The notes under the pieces are model-generated. The model saw nothing but the letters and a program-made list of their open reading frames with translations, had not been told where the DNA came from and searched no databases. From an uncultured archaeon (lineage in GTDB: Archaea; Iainarchaeota; Iainarchaeia; Iainarchaeales; Iainarchaeaceae): DNA of 32,000 bases. A program made the translations under genes and the position numbers. Below, one piece after another: positions 18,489 through 27,331 of this stretch (positions are counted from its first letter, which is position 1; each line of letters opens with the position of its first letter). The stretch is taken from NCBI GenBank assembly GCA_964577555.1, contig CAZNZM010000001.1, forward strand, positions 87,278 to 119,277, given 5' to 3'.

Positions 18489-19430
18489 GTGCAAAAAGGA
18501 ATTATTTTCACGATTATGGCTTTGGTTCTAATAGCCACAATAGCCACGCTATACATGTCAGAAAAAGAGGTAGAGAAGGGAAGGAGAGAAGCGTTGATTA
18601 AAAATAGTTCCTTCAACAAGGTGTCTTCAAAATATAGTGATATAAAACAAAGCATGCTTTCCTTGCCTTTGGCTGGAAAAGAAAAGGAAAACGCTGAAAG
18701 AATTCTTCCTTTTAATTATGGCGTTGACGGGAATTCTTTTTGGGTTGGCTTTGATTTGCCTGATTCAAGCAACAAGACACAAACTTATCTTGAAACCTTG
18801 AATGCTGCAAAAATTTTTTTGGACAATGAATGGAGAAGCGAAGGAGTTGCAATTAATGCTTCATTTCCATTGCCTTATTCTTGGGGTGCTACAAATTCAA
18901 GCGTTTCATTTTTAGTAATGCCGCAATGCATGAAATTTTTGTTAAAAGACGAAAACAACGTGTCTTTTGAATTCAAATGCCAAGATTATGAAATTTCAAA
19001 TGCAAAAAAAATTGACATAAACATATCTCTAAAGCCGGGGTTGGATTTCAATTCAATGGATTGCAAAATAAACGATTATTTGTCATGCAACCAAAATTAT
19101 GATTATAATAGTTATGACAACAGACCTTACATCAATATAAAATTCCTTGACCAAAATTGCACTTCTTGTTTTATTCCTTACAAAAAAATAAGAACACATT
19201 TTGACCCTTCTGAAGAAAATTTTTTGGAACTAAAATGTTCAGGCGCGAATTGCAAAAACCCGCCAATGGATATTAATTTTTCCAATTCTATAGAAATTTC
19301 TTATAGCGGGAAAAAAATAGAGGTAAAATACAACATTGATTTTAATTCAAAAATAACCGAGTTTTTGCTTGGTGATGCAAATTTTTCAGCCACTGATGTT
19401 TATTTCGGGGCAAGAAGGTGGAATAATTGA
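18489..19430 (+). CDS. Secreted/membrane-anchored pilus-cluster protein of unknown function
   Basis: MQKGIIFTIMALVLIATIATLYM followed by a large extracellular-looking region with NSS/NAS sequons and Cys. Confidence 0.7.
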   Translation: MQKGIIFTIMALVLIATIATLYMSEKEVEKGRREALIKNSSFNKVSSKYSDIKQSMLSLPLAGKEKENAERILPFNYGVDGNSFWVGFDLPDSSNKTQTYLETLNAAKIFLDNEWRSEGVAINASFPLPYSWGATNSSVSFLVMPQCMKFLLKDENNVSFEFKCQDYEISNAKKIDINISLKPGLDFNSMDCKINDYLSCNQNYDYNSYDNRPYINIKFLDQNCTSCFIPYKKIRTHFDPSEENFLELKCSGANCKNPPMDINFSNSIEISYSGKKIEVKYNIDFNSKITEFLLGDANFSATDVYFGARRWNN

Positions 19431-20512
19431 AAAATATTTTTTCAACCATTCTAGCTTTTTTTATAATTTTTTTTAGTGGATGCGCAAGCATATACGCGGA
19501 GCCACCTTCTTTAGAAGTCAATATAAAATCCGGACAATACATTGAAGGTGAAGAAATAAGTTTGGAAATTATTGCAAAAAATTCCCAATCGATAAAAATT
19601 TTTTTAGGAGAAAAAACCGAAGTTGTTGAATGCAACAATAATTATTGTTCAATAAGCAAAAAACTGAATTTAAAACAAGGTGTTTATAAAATAAAAGTCG
19701 TTGCAATAGGCGATGGCGGTAAAAAAGAAGAAACGGCAACAGTAGCAGTTTTAGGCTCTTCCAAAAGATGCGTAGAAGGATTGCTTGAAGGGCAATGTTC
19801 TTCTGAAAAACCGAAAATGTGCATTAATGGGGTTCTCAAGGACAAATGCTCTGTTTGCGGATGTGATAATGGGGCAAAATGCGTCGGAGAGTATTGCGAG
19901 ATTTTAATGCCAAAGGCAAGAAAAATCGAATTGGAATATCCTAAAAAAGTCGGAGAATCACAGCCTTTTAGAATTCTTGGAAAAATATTTTTTGAAGGTT
20001 TGGTTGGTTCAAAAAAAGCGGTTGTGAAAATTGTTTTAGGTGAAACCGAATTTATTAATGAAATTTTTATAAACACAAATGAAAAAATGGTTTCTGAATT
20101 TGAGGTTTTGATTCCTGCGATTAGGAAAGGAAAACATGATTTGAGAATTGAAATTTATGAAAACAATGAAAAAGAAAAACCGATAATAACTTATTTTGAA
20201 AAAGAAGCGATTTTAGTGGTTGAAAAGGGTGATAAATTGCCTGCTCCTAAAAACCTGAGTGGTTTTTCTGAGGGAAACGACATAATATTGAATTGGAATG
20301 AAGTTAATGGGGCAAACTCTTATAATATATACAAAAGCATTGATGCAAACCCTGCATTCATTTCCTATAAAGTAATCGGAGTTGCTTCCGGCGAAAATTC
20401 TTTTGTATTACAAGAACAAAAAAAAGGGACTCATTTTTTTGTGGTTACTGCGGTTGATATTTTTGGAATTGAAAGCGATTATAGTAACGTAATTGCCATA
20501 AATGTAAATTAG
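19427..20512 (+). CDS. Secreted protein with a C-terminal fibronectin type III-like domain
   Basis: Signal peptide-like N-terminus ending FFSGCASIYAEP; C-terminal LPAPKNLSGFSEGNDIILNWNEVNGANSYNIYKSID...FFVVTAVDIFGIESDYSN. Confidence 0.78.
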   Translation: MKNIFSTILAFFIIFFSGCASIYAEPPSLEVNIKSGQYIEGEEISLEIIAKNSQSIKIFLGEKTEVVECNNNYCSISKKLNLKQGVYKIKVVAIGDGGKKEETATVAVLGSSKRCVEGLLEGQCSSEKPKMCINGVLKDKCSVCGCDNGAKCVGEYCEILMPKARKIELEYPKKVGESQPFRILGKIFFEGLVGSKKAVVKIVLGETEFINEIFINTNEKMVSEFEVLIPAIRKGKHDLRIEIYENNEKEKPIITYFEKEAILVVEKGDKLPAPKNLSGFSEGNDIILNWNEVNGANSYNIYKSIDANPAFISYKVIGVASGENSFVLQEQKKGTHFFVVTAVDIFGIESDYSNVIAINVN

Positions 20513-20572
20513 ATGTTTATGCAAAGCAATAAATATTAAGTAATTCAACCAAGTATTAGCAAAGGTGAATAT

Positions 20573-21181
20573 ATGTCCCTGTTTGAAAAAATTGCAAAGA
20601 TTTTGCCTGGAAAAAAACCTGAAAATGAAAAATTAGAGCAAAGTTCAATATATGGTTCTAATGATACTGATATAAGCACTAAATATTCAAGCCAAAGCGT
20701 TGGAAAAAGCCCTGTGAATTCAATGAAAAACGATAAAATGCAAAGTTTTCAAGATAAAACAATAAATGAACAATTTAAAGAAAAGGAAATTAAGCTGCAA
20801 AAAAGAGTTGAGACTCTCAAAAATCCTCAAAAAATTAAAATGAACGAATTAAAAACTGAAAAAAAAGAAGTTCAAATTAAGAAAGAAGAGGAAAAAACGA
20901 ACAATAAAACTTATTTGGAAAACAATGAAAACAAAAATTTCATAGAAACCGACTTTGACAAAGTTGTTTCATATATAGCACAACATGGCAAAGCATCCTT
21001 TACTCAAATTTCAAGAGACCTTGGGCTTCCATGGAATAGAATTGAGGAATGCAGCAATATTTTAAGAAATGAAAAACAAATTGAAATTATTTATCTTCCT
21101 TTTGGCGATCCAATAGCAACGGTTGTAGGCTATTCTGAAAAAAACAAGGAAACGGATTTGAGAAGGCGCAGGGTGGCGTAA
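20573..21181 (+). CDS. Protein with low-complexity charged N-terminus and C-terminal winged-helix-like domain
   Basis: VDKVVSYIAQHGKASFTQISRDLGLPWNRIEECSNILRNEKQIEI looks like a wHTH; stop overlaps the ATG of the ATPase gene. Confidence 0.6.
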   Translation: MSLFEKIAKILPGKKPENEKLEQSSIYGSNDTDISTKYSSQSVGKSPVNSMKNDKMQSFQDKTINEQFKEKEIKLQKRVETLKNPQKIKMNELKTEKKEVQIKKEEEKTNNKTYLENNENKNFIETDFDKVVSYIAQHGKASFTQISRDLGLPWNRIEECSNILRNEKQIEIIYLPFGDPIATVVGYSEKNKETDLRRRRVA

Positions 21182-22689
21182 TGCAACAAGAAAAGCCTAT
21201 AAAAGAATATGAAATTTCTAATGGCAGTGCAAAATTTCTAATTAGAATTACTTATAAGCCCGGGGACTTTGTAAGAACCTATGAATTGGTGTTGCCTGAA
21301 TATGGTATAGGCACAAAAGCCCTTATTGAAAACATGAAAAGAGTAATAATATCTGACGAATCGCTTAAAGCAGAAAAAATGCTTGAAGCCAAGGAAATAG
21401 ACAGCATAAGAGCCATTTTTAAGGAAAAATCAGAGAAAATGCTTGAAAACGAACTTCCTAAAACTGATGAAAAAACCAGGAATATGCTTACTGAAATTCT
21501 GATAAACGAAATGCTGGGCATTGGTAAAATAGATTTTTTGCTTCTTGACGGAAACCTTGAAGAAATAGTTGTTAACAATTCGCAAGAACCTATTTGGGTT
21601 TATCACAAGGAATTTGGTTGGTTGAAAACCAATGTGGTGCCAGAGTCTGAAGAGCAAACTCTTAATTGGGCTAATATAATAGCAAGGCGTGGCGGGAAAC
21701 AAATCACCGTACTCAACCCTTTATTAGATACTCATCTTGTGACTGGAGACAGAGCTAATGCAACGCTTTTTCCAATTAGCAGCAAAGGTAATACAATAAC
21801 AATAAGGAGATTCAGACGGGAACCGTGGACGGTAACTGATTTTATAAGCAACAGAACAACAACCAGCGAAGTCATGGCTTTGATTTGGATGTGCATACAA
21901 TATGAAATGAACATGATTCTTTCAGGCGGCACTGCATCTGGAAAAACAAGTTTCATGAACATTTGTCTTCCGTTCATACAACCTAACCACAGAGTTATAA
22001 CAATAGAAGACACGAGAGAACTAATGTTGCCGGAATTTCTTCATTGGGTGCCAATGACTACAAGAGAAGCAAATGCTGAAGGAAAAGGCGAAGTTACGAT
22101 GCTTGATTTGCTTGTAAACAGTTTAAGACAAAGACCCGACAGGATAATCGTGGGTGAAACAAGAAGACAAAAAGAAGCGGAAGTAATGTTTGAAGCAATG
22201 CATACGGGGCACAGCGTATATACTACGTTCCACGCTAACACTGCTGAAGAAACCATAAGAAGATTTGTCAGTCCACCTATTGAAATACCGCCAACTGTTC
22301 TTGACTCAGTACATCTTAATGTAGTAATGTTCAGAAACAGAAGGCTTGGAGTAAGAAGGGTTTTGCAAGTGGCTGAATTCATTCCGGAAAAAAGGGGAAA
22401 CGAAGAAACTTTGAAAGCAAACACTCTTTACAGGTGGCACGCAGGCGATGACTCAATTACAAAAGATTCTGAAAGCATAAGGTTGTATGATGAACTTTCA
22501 TTGCACACTGGCTTGACTTATGATGAAATAAACAAAGATTTGACAATGAAGAAAAAAATTCTTGATTGGCTTGTAAAAAACGACATAAGACACATTTCAA
22601 AAGTAGGTGCTGTAATGGCTAAATATTATATGGATGAAAAAGAGATTTCCAGAATAGTTGAAAGAAACCTCAAACCTGATTTCATATGA
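21181..22689 (+). CDS. Type II/IV secretion system ATPase (TadA/ArlI/VirB11-like)
   Basis: Walker A GGTASGKTSFMN; HRVITIEDTREL; RPDRIIVGETRRQKEAEVMFEAMHTGHSVYTTFHANTAEE. Confidence 0.95.
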   Translation: MQQEKPIKEYEISNGSAKFLIRITYKPGDFVRTYELVLPEYGIGTKALIENMKRVIISDESLKAEKMLEAKEIDSIRAIFKEKSEKMLENELPKTDEKTRNMLTEILINEMLGIGKIDFLLLDGNLEEIVVNNSQEPIWVYHKEFGWLKTNVVPESEEQTLNWANIIARRGGKQITVLNPLLDTHLVTGDRANATLFPISSKGNTITIRRFRREPWTVTDFISNRTTTSEVMALIWMCIQYEMNMILSGGTASGKTSFMNICLPFIQPNHRVITIEDTRELMLPEFLHWVPMTTREANAEGKGEVTMLDLLVNSLRQRPDRIIVGETRRQKEAEVMFEAMHTGHSVYTTFHANTAEETIRRFVSPPIEIPPTVLDSVHLNVVMFRNRRLGVRRVLQVAEFIPEKRGNEETLKANTLYRWHAGDDSITKDSESIRLYDELSLHTGLTYDEINKDLTMKKKILDWLVKNDIRHISKVGAVMAKYYMDEKEISRIVERNLKPDFI

Positions 22690-23585
22690 ACAAAAAAAAT
22701 TTAGGAAAAATACCTTTTATGCCGATTCCGTCACAAATCATTATGGCTGTGACAAACAATTTTCTTGGCGTAGGCGGTGTCGTCTCAAAATTTTTTCCGA
22801 AATTGGAAGAATCTTTGGTTCAAGCGGATTTTGAAATACAAAAAGAAAGATATAGCGCGATTATAGCACTGGGATTTTTTATTTATTTAATACTTGGATT
22901 TTTAATTTGTTATTTATTTGCGATGCAATTTCAACCAAAAAACTCTTTTATAATAGGCATTCTTGGGGGTTTTTTTGCAGGAATTCTGGTGGCAATCCAA
23001 ATAGCTTTTTATCCTGCAATACAAGCAAAAAAAAAGATAAGAGGAATTGAAAGAAACCTTTTGTTTGGACTTAGAACAATATTGGTTGAAATAAAATCCG
23101 GAGTAACTCTTTTTGATGCGATTAATCTGGTTGCACAAGGAAATAATGGCGAATTAAGCAAAGAATTTTCCAAAGCGGTAAGAAAAATACAAACTGGAAC
23201 ATATCAAAACGTGGCGCTTGAAGAAATGGCTGAAAACAACCCGTCGGTTTATTTTAGAAGGGCAATATGGCAACTTGTTAACGGGTTGAAGTCAGGTGGA
23301 GACATAAGTACAATAATGCAAAGCCTTGTAGACGGGCTTTCAAAAGAAAAAGCCAATCAAGTGAAAAAATACGGCAATACGCTCAAACTTTTTTCCTTGA
23401 TGTATATGATGCTTGGAGCAATAATACCCGCCCTCGGAATAACCTTTTTGATAATACTTTCAACTTTCCCAAGCATGACAATAAATGAAACGGTTTTTTG
23501 GGGTTTGTTCGGATTTTTGGCTTTGGGGCAATTCATGTTCCTTGGCATGATAAAATCAGCCAGACCAAGCCTTCTTGGTGATTAA
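22686..23585 (+). CDS. Type II secretion system F-domain membrane protein (TadC/ArlJ-like)
   Basis: GIERNLLFGLRTILVEIKSGVTLFDAINLVAQGNNGELSKEFSKAVRKIQTG...LKSGGDISTIMQSLVDGL; 4-nt overlap with the ATPase gene. Confidence 0.9.
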   Translation: MNKKNLGKIPFMPIPSQIIMAVTNNFLGVGGVVSKFFPKLEESLVQADFEIQKERYSAIIALGFFIYLILGFLICYLFAMQFQPKNSFIIGILGGFFAGILVAIQIAFYPAIQAKKKIRGIERNLLFGLRTILVEIKSGVTLFDAINLVAQGNNGELSKEFSKAVRKIQTGTYQNVALEEMAENNPSVYFRRAIWQLVNGLKSGGDISTIMQSLVDGLSKEKANQVKKYGNTLKLFSLMYMMLGAIIPALGITFLIILSTFPSMTINETVFWGLFGFLALGQFMFLGMIKSARPSLLGD

Positions 23586-23587
23586 AA

Positions 23588-24595
23588 ATGTATGAAGGGT
23601 TTTCATCATTAATTCCTAAAAAAGTCTATGAAGCTTACAAAAAAGAAATAATATATAATGGCTTGAAAATAAGGCCTGAAAAATTCATAGGTTTTTTGTT
23701 TTATTTTGGACTTCTTGGAGGAATAGGCGCAGGATTAATTTTGAATAGATTTTTCAAAATTGATTTTCTCGTGACTTTCATTGTTTTTTTCTTATCAACA
23801 TTTATTTTGGCTTTTGTTTTAATGCGACTTAAATCCGAATCAAAAGGAAGGATTGCGGAAAATGTCCTACCTGATGCTCTTCAACTAGTGGCGGCAAACA
23901 TGAAAAGCGGATTAACAACTGAAAGGGCGCTTTTTGTAGCCGCAAGACCGGAATTTGGCCCGATACAAGTGGAACTGCTTAATGCAAGTAAACGCATTTC
24001 TACTGGTGAAAGAGTTGAAAAGGCATTGTTAGGAATAAGCGAAGCAATAAATTCAACAGTGGTTGAAAAAACAATGTGGCTTATCTCTGAAGGAATAAAA
24101 AGCGGAGCCCAAATGGCAGACCTTCTTTACCAACTGTCAGATGATTTGAAAAACGAACAAGCAATAAAAGAGGAAATAAAAGCGAATATTTCAATATATG
24201 TAATACTAATAATTTTTGCGGCAAGCATAGGGGGCCCGTTGCTTTTTGGAGTAAGCTCTTTCATAGTGCAAGTTCTGACAACTCAAATAAGCAAAACACC
24301 TGAAATGACAACAAGCAAAACCACGGGGCAAAGTAACATGCAAGGAAATTTATCTTTAATATCTCAATTTGCATCCGGAAAAAGGAAGTTTGTCAGCATA
24401 GAATTCATAATACAATTTTCCGTAATAATGCTAATAATGACAAGTTTTTTTGCTTCTCTCACAATAGGAGTAATAAATACGGGCAAGGAAATAAACGGAG
24501 TTAAAATGATTATCCCGATGATTATTATTTCATTAATAATTTTCTATTCAACAAGAGCGGTTTTGCTTTCAGTATTCAAAAATCTTATAACTTAA
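23588..24595 (+). CDS. Second type II secretion system F-domain membrane protein (TadC/ArlJ-like)
   Basis: ENVLPDALQLVAANMKSGLTTERALFVAARPEFGPIQVELLNASKRISTGERVEKALLG...EGIKSGAQMADLLYQLSDDLK. Confidence 0.9.
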   Translation: MYEGFSSLIPKKVYEAYKKEIIYNGLKIRPEKFIGFLFYFGLLGGIGAGLILNRFFKIDFLVTFIVFFLSTFILAFVLMRLKSESKGRIAENVLPDALQLVAANMKSGLTTERALFVAARPEFGPIQVELLNASKRISTGERVEKALLGISEAINSTVVEKTMWLISEGIKSGAQMADLLYQLSDDLKNEQAIKEEIKANISIYVILIIFAASIGGPLLFGVSSFIVQVLTTQISKTPEMTTSKTTGQSNMQGNLSLISQFASGKRKFVSIEFIIQFSVIMLIMTSFFASLTIGVINTGKEINGVKMIIPMIIISLIIFYSTRAVLLSVFKNLIT

Positions 24596-24601
24596 AAAAA
24601 A

Positions 24602-25489
24602 TCATGATTTGAATAAATTCGGAAAAAATTTCCAAACACCAACAACCAACAAAATTATAATTCCAAGAATTACAACAGGATACAACAAATCCATTATGCT
24701 TATTATGCCTTGCCCTTGATTTTTAAATTCTCCTTGTGTTTGCTTGTTTTTATCATCGGAAACAATAACAGGCTTGATTGGTTTTTTCCCTGAAAGTTTG
24801 TTTGAATCGTTTGCCACTTGGGTTCCGGAAACATTAAAATCGATTCTTTTTTCCAAAGAATAATACTTTATTTTTTTGTCTGTGGAATAAACAGTTACAA
24901 GCGCAACATACTCGCCTTCTGAAGCTGGCTTCCAGAGTTTTTTAAAACTTGCATTTGTGGTTTCATTTGGCAGAACATTTTTCAATTTTAGGATGTCTGA
25001 ATGAACCACTTTATTCTTATAAGATATTTTCAATTCAATTAAGGCGTCTAAAGGGGCGTTGCCGTTTTCAAGATTTAAAGAAAGATTTTTGTCTTTCCCG
25101 CTTTTTAAGTCTTCAAGCAACAAATCAACATTAGAAATCTTTTTTATTGGTTGAGTGACACTTGGACTTTCCACTATGCCGGAACCGCCAGAAGAACCTG
25201 AACCTGTGCCACTTTGTATTCCGCTTTGCTGGGATTGGTTTGTGTTTGATTGTGTTTGATTGACACATGAACCGCAATCTGACGGACAATTACTGCAATT
25301 TTCACCGGATTGACAAATATTATTTCCGCATAAAACTGTTTCAGGGTCAAGTTCAGTTATATCAATATCGCTCGGAGTAGGCGGGTATGGAACAAAACCT
25401 GTTGTGGGAATTGAAATAGTCGTGGTTGAAAAAAAAACAAAAGATAATACTGCTAAGAAAATAAAAAAAAATGAATTATAAGTTTTCAT
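24602..25489 (-). CDS. Secreted protein with C-terminal TM anchor and a Cys-rich ICQSGENCSNCPSDCGSC motif
   Basis: Signal-like MKTYNSFFFIFLAVLSFVFFS; C-terminal LLYPVVILGIIILLVVGVWKFF. Start moved from track 25579 to the Met at 25489. Confidence 0.75.
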   Translation of the reverse strand: MKTYNSFFFIFLAVLSFVFFSTTTISIPTTGFVPYPPTPSDIDITELDPETVLCGNNICQSGENCSNCPSDCGSCVNQTQSNTNQSQQSGIQSGTGSGSSGGSGIVESPSVTQPIKKISNVDLLLEDLKSGKDKNLSLNLENGNAPLDALIELKISYKNKVVHSDILKLKNVLPNETTNASFKKLWKPASEGEYVALVTVYSTDKKIKYYSLEKRIDFNVSGTQVANDSNKLSGKKPIKPVIVSDDKNKQTQGEFKNQGQGIISIMDLLYPVVILGIIILLVVGVWKFFPNLFKS

Positions 25490-25654
25490 AATGCTATAAT
25501 AAATGAATAACTTATTTATATAATCGTAACAATTTGTGATTAAAACCCAATTTTTTACAATTTTAAATTTTAAACGCATAAATTATTATTGCAACTTTGC
25601 AAAAAAAATAGGTTATTGCTCCCTTTCGGGAGCAATTTTATTTTATTATAAAAT

Positions 25655-26080
25655 TTATACTTGGCCGCTGCAGCTTCCTGTAGCGTTTTGGTCAAATGTG
25701 CCGTCATTATAACCCAAATTCAAGTTATAAGCTACATTTCCTGCTGGAGTTCCGGTGAGAGTCAATGTGAAGCTTTCACCTGGACTCACAGAGCCAGAAC
25801 GTGATGCAGGTGCAAGATCGCCTGTCCCGGAAGTCCTTGTAGCTGTCAATGCTACATTTGTGATTGTCTTACCGCTTCCGTTTGCTATTTCAACTTGCAA
25901 ACCTGTATTATCCAACTTGTAACCTTTAATAGTCATGTTGTTGGTTAATCCTGTACAAGTAGTCGATGTTTTTGGTATTATAAAGTACAATGCAGCAATA
26001 ACTGCTACAATGACAATCAGCGCCCAACCGTATGTCATAAGGTATTCAAGTGCTGATTGACCTCTTTTGTTACTAATCAT
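25655..26080 (-). CDS. Probable major type IV pilin of archaeal class III signal peptide type
   Basis: MISNKRGQSALEYLMTYGWALIVIVAVIAALYFIIP followed by a short beta-rich domain; strong TATA-like box and SD-like GGGAGG upstream. Confidence 0.9.
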   Translation of the reverse strand: MISNKRGQSALEYLMTYGWALIVIVAVIAALYFIIPKTSTTCTGLTNNMTIKGYKLDNTGLQVEIANGSGKTITNVALTATRTSGTGDLAPASRSGSVSPGESFTLTLTGTPAGNVAYNLNLGYNDGTFDQNATGSCSGQV

Positions 26081-26149
26081 TTTTTCCCTCCCTTACGGCT
26101 TTTCATTATAAAGCCTTTGTTGTAAATAGGATTTTCTTATATATAAACT
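26081..26149 (-). promoter_or_regulatory. Promoter and leader of the major pilin gene: TATA box GTTTATATATAAG, GGCTTT/AAAGCC hairpin, GGGAGGG ribosome-binding site
   Basis: Minus-sense gtttatatataag at about 26138-26149, inverted repeat 26097-26102/26110-26115, then gtaagggagggaaaaaATG. Confidence 0.6.
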
Positions 26150-26155
26150 ATTTGG

Positions 26156-26635
26156 TTAGGATTTCTTAAATTTGTGCTTTAATTTTTCTTCCACTTTTTC
26201 AGGAACGAATTTGCTTATGTCTCCATTATATGAAGCTATTTCTTTTACAACGCTTGAAGTGATATAAAAGTAATCGGGGCTTGTCATTACGAATACGCTT
26301 TCAATATCTTTGCCTATCAAAGAATTTACTATTGCTTGTTGGAATTCAAAAGGAAAATCGCTGGTTTCCCTCAAGCCACGAAGAATTATGTTGGCGTTTT
26401 CTTTTTTCATGAAATCAACCAGCAAAGAGTCAAATATTTTTACTTCGACATTTTTGATTCCTTTAACGCTTTCAACAACCATTTCTTCCCTTTCCCTTGC
26501 TGAAAATAAAGGTTTTTTTACTGGGTTTTCTGCTATTGCAACAACCAATTTGGAAAAAATTTTGGAACCGCGCTTTATAACGTCAATGTGTCCAAAAGTA
26601 ATTGGGTCAAAAGTACCTGGATAAATCGCCTTCAT
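26156..26635 (-). CDS. coaD: Phosphopantetheine adenylyltransferase, bacterial CoaD type
   Basis: MKAIYPGTFDPITFGHIDVIKRGSKIF; NIILRGLRETSDFPFEFQ; ITSSVVKEIASYNGDISKFVP. Confidence 0.96.
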   Translation of the reverse strand: MKAIYPGTFDPITFGHIDVIKRGSKIFSKLVVAIAENPVKKPLFSAREREEMVVESVKGIKNVEVKIFDSLLVDFMKKENANIILRGLRETSDFPFEFQQAIVNSLIGKDIESVFVMTSPDYFYITSSVVKEIASYNGDISKFVPEKVEEKLKHKFKKS

Positions 26636-27226
26636 TTAAAAACCCTTCCAATTTTTAACATGCTGCGACAACTCTGAAGCTATTTGTTTTGCTTTAATGC
26701 TAATCTCTGAAATATTTGCGTCAGTATTAACTACAAAATGAGCTGCTCTTGAAACCCTGTCAAAAGTGTATTGAAATGCCACTCTTTTTTCAAATTCTTC
26801 TTCGGCAAAGCCAGATTTCAAGGCTCTTTGCTTGCAAACTTCATGCGGCGCGTATGTCAAAATTATTTTGTCAAAAAGCCGCTCCATCTTGGCTTCAAAA
26901 AGCAATGGCACTTCAACAAAACAAATATCTCCCACGTGGTTGATTTCTGAAATTTTTTGAATTACAATTGGATGAATTATTTGGTTAAGCCTTTTAAGTT
27001 TAATTGAACTGTTGAAAACTTTTTTTGCAAGAAGGCTTCTGTCTACTTTTCTGTTAACTACCACATCTTGCCCAAATTCATCACCTATTAATTTTATTAT
27101 CTCCAGCTTTTTGTAAATATCGGAAACTATTTCATCAGAATCATAAGTTGCATAACCAAGCCTTTCAAAAGCCCGCCTGAGAGTGCTTTTTCCTGAACCT
27201 AAATTGCCAGTAATCGCAACAAGCAT
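26636..27226 (-). CDS. coaE: Dephospho-CoA kinase, bacterial CoaE type
   Basis: MLVAITGNLGSGKSTLRRAFERLGYATYDSDEIV and FVEVPLLFEAKMERLFDKIILTYAP; stop directly abuts the coaD ATG. Confidence 0.92.
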   Translation of the reverse strand: MLVAITGNLGSGKSTLRRAFERLGYATYDSDEIVSDIYKKLEIIKLIGDEFGQDVVVNRKVDRSLLAKKVFNSSIKLKRLNQIIHPIVIQKISEINHVGDICFVEVPLLFEAKMERLFDKIILTYAPHEVCKQRALKSGFAEEEFEKRVAFQYTFDRVSRAAHFVVNTDANISEISIKAKQIASELSQHVKNWKGF

Positions 27227-27331
27227 TATATAATAATGATTGAATTCAATAAAAATTTAGTGTATTTAAAAAGTGCAATTTAACGGTTTATAGCCTATGG
27301 TTAATTAAAGTTTTATTGTAAAGTTTCTTTT

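Noticed and set aside
22041-22424. 127-aa minus-strand ORF inside the ATPase gene
   Set aside because: Shadow ORF over a strongly supported secretion ATPase; no independent evidence.
21181-24595. Archaellum (arl/fla) operon interpretation
   Set aside because: ATPase and platform proteins are related to archaellum components, but there are two platform proteins and no recognisable archaellin, ArlH-type or ArlF/G-type genes here; a pilus-like system fits better.
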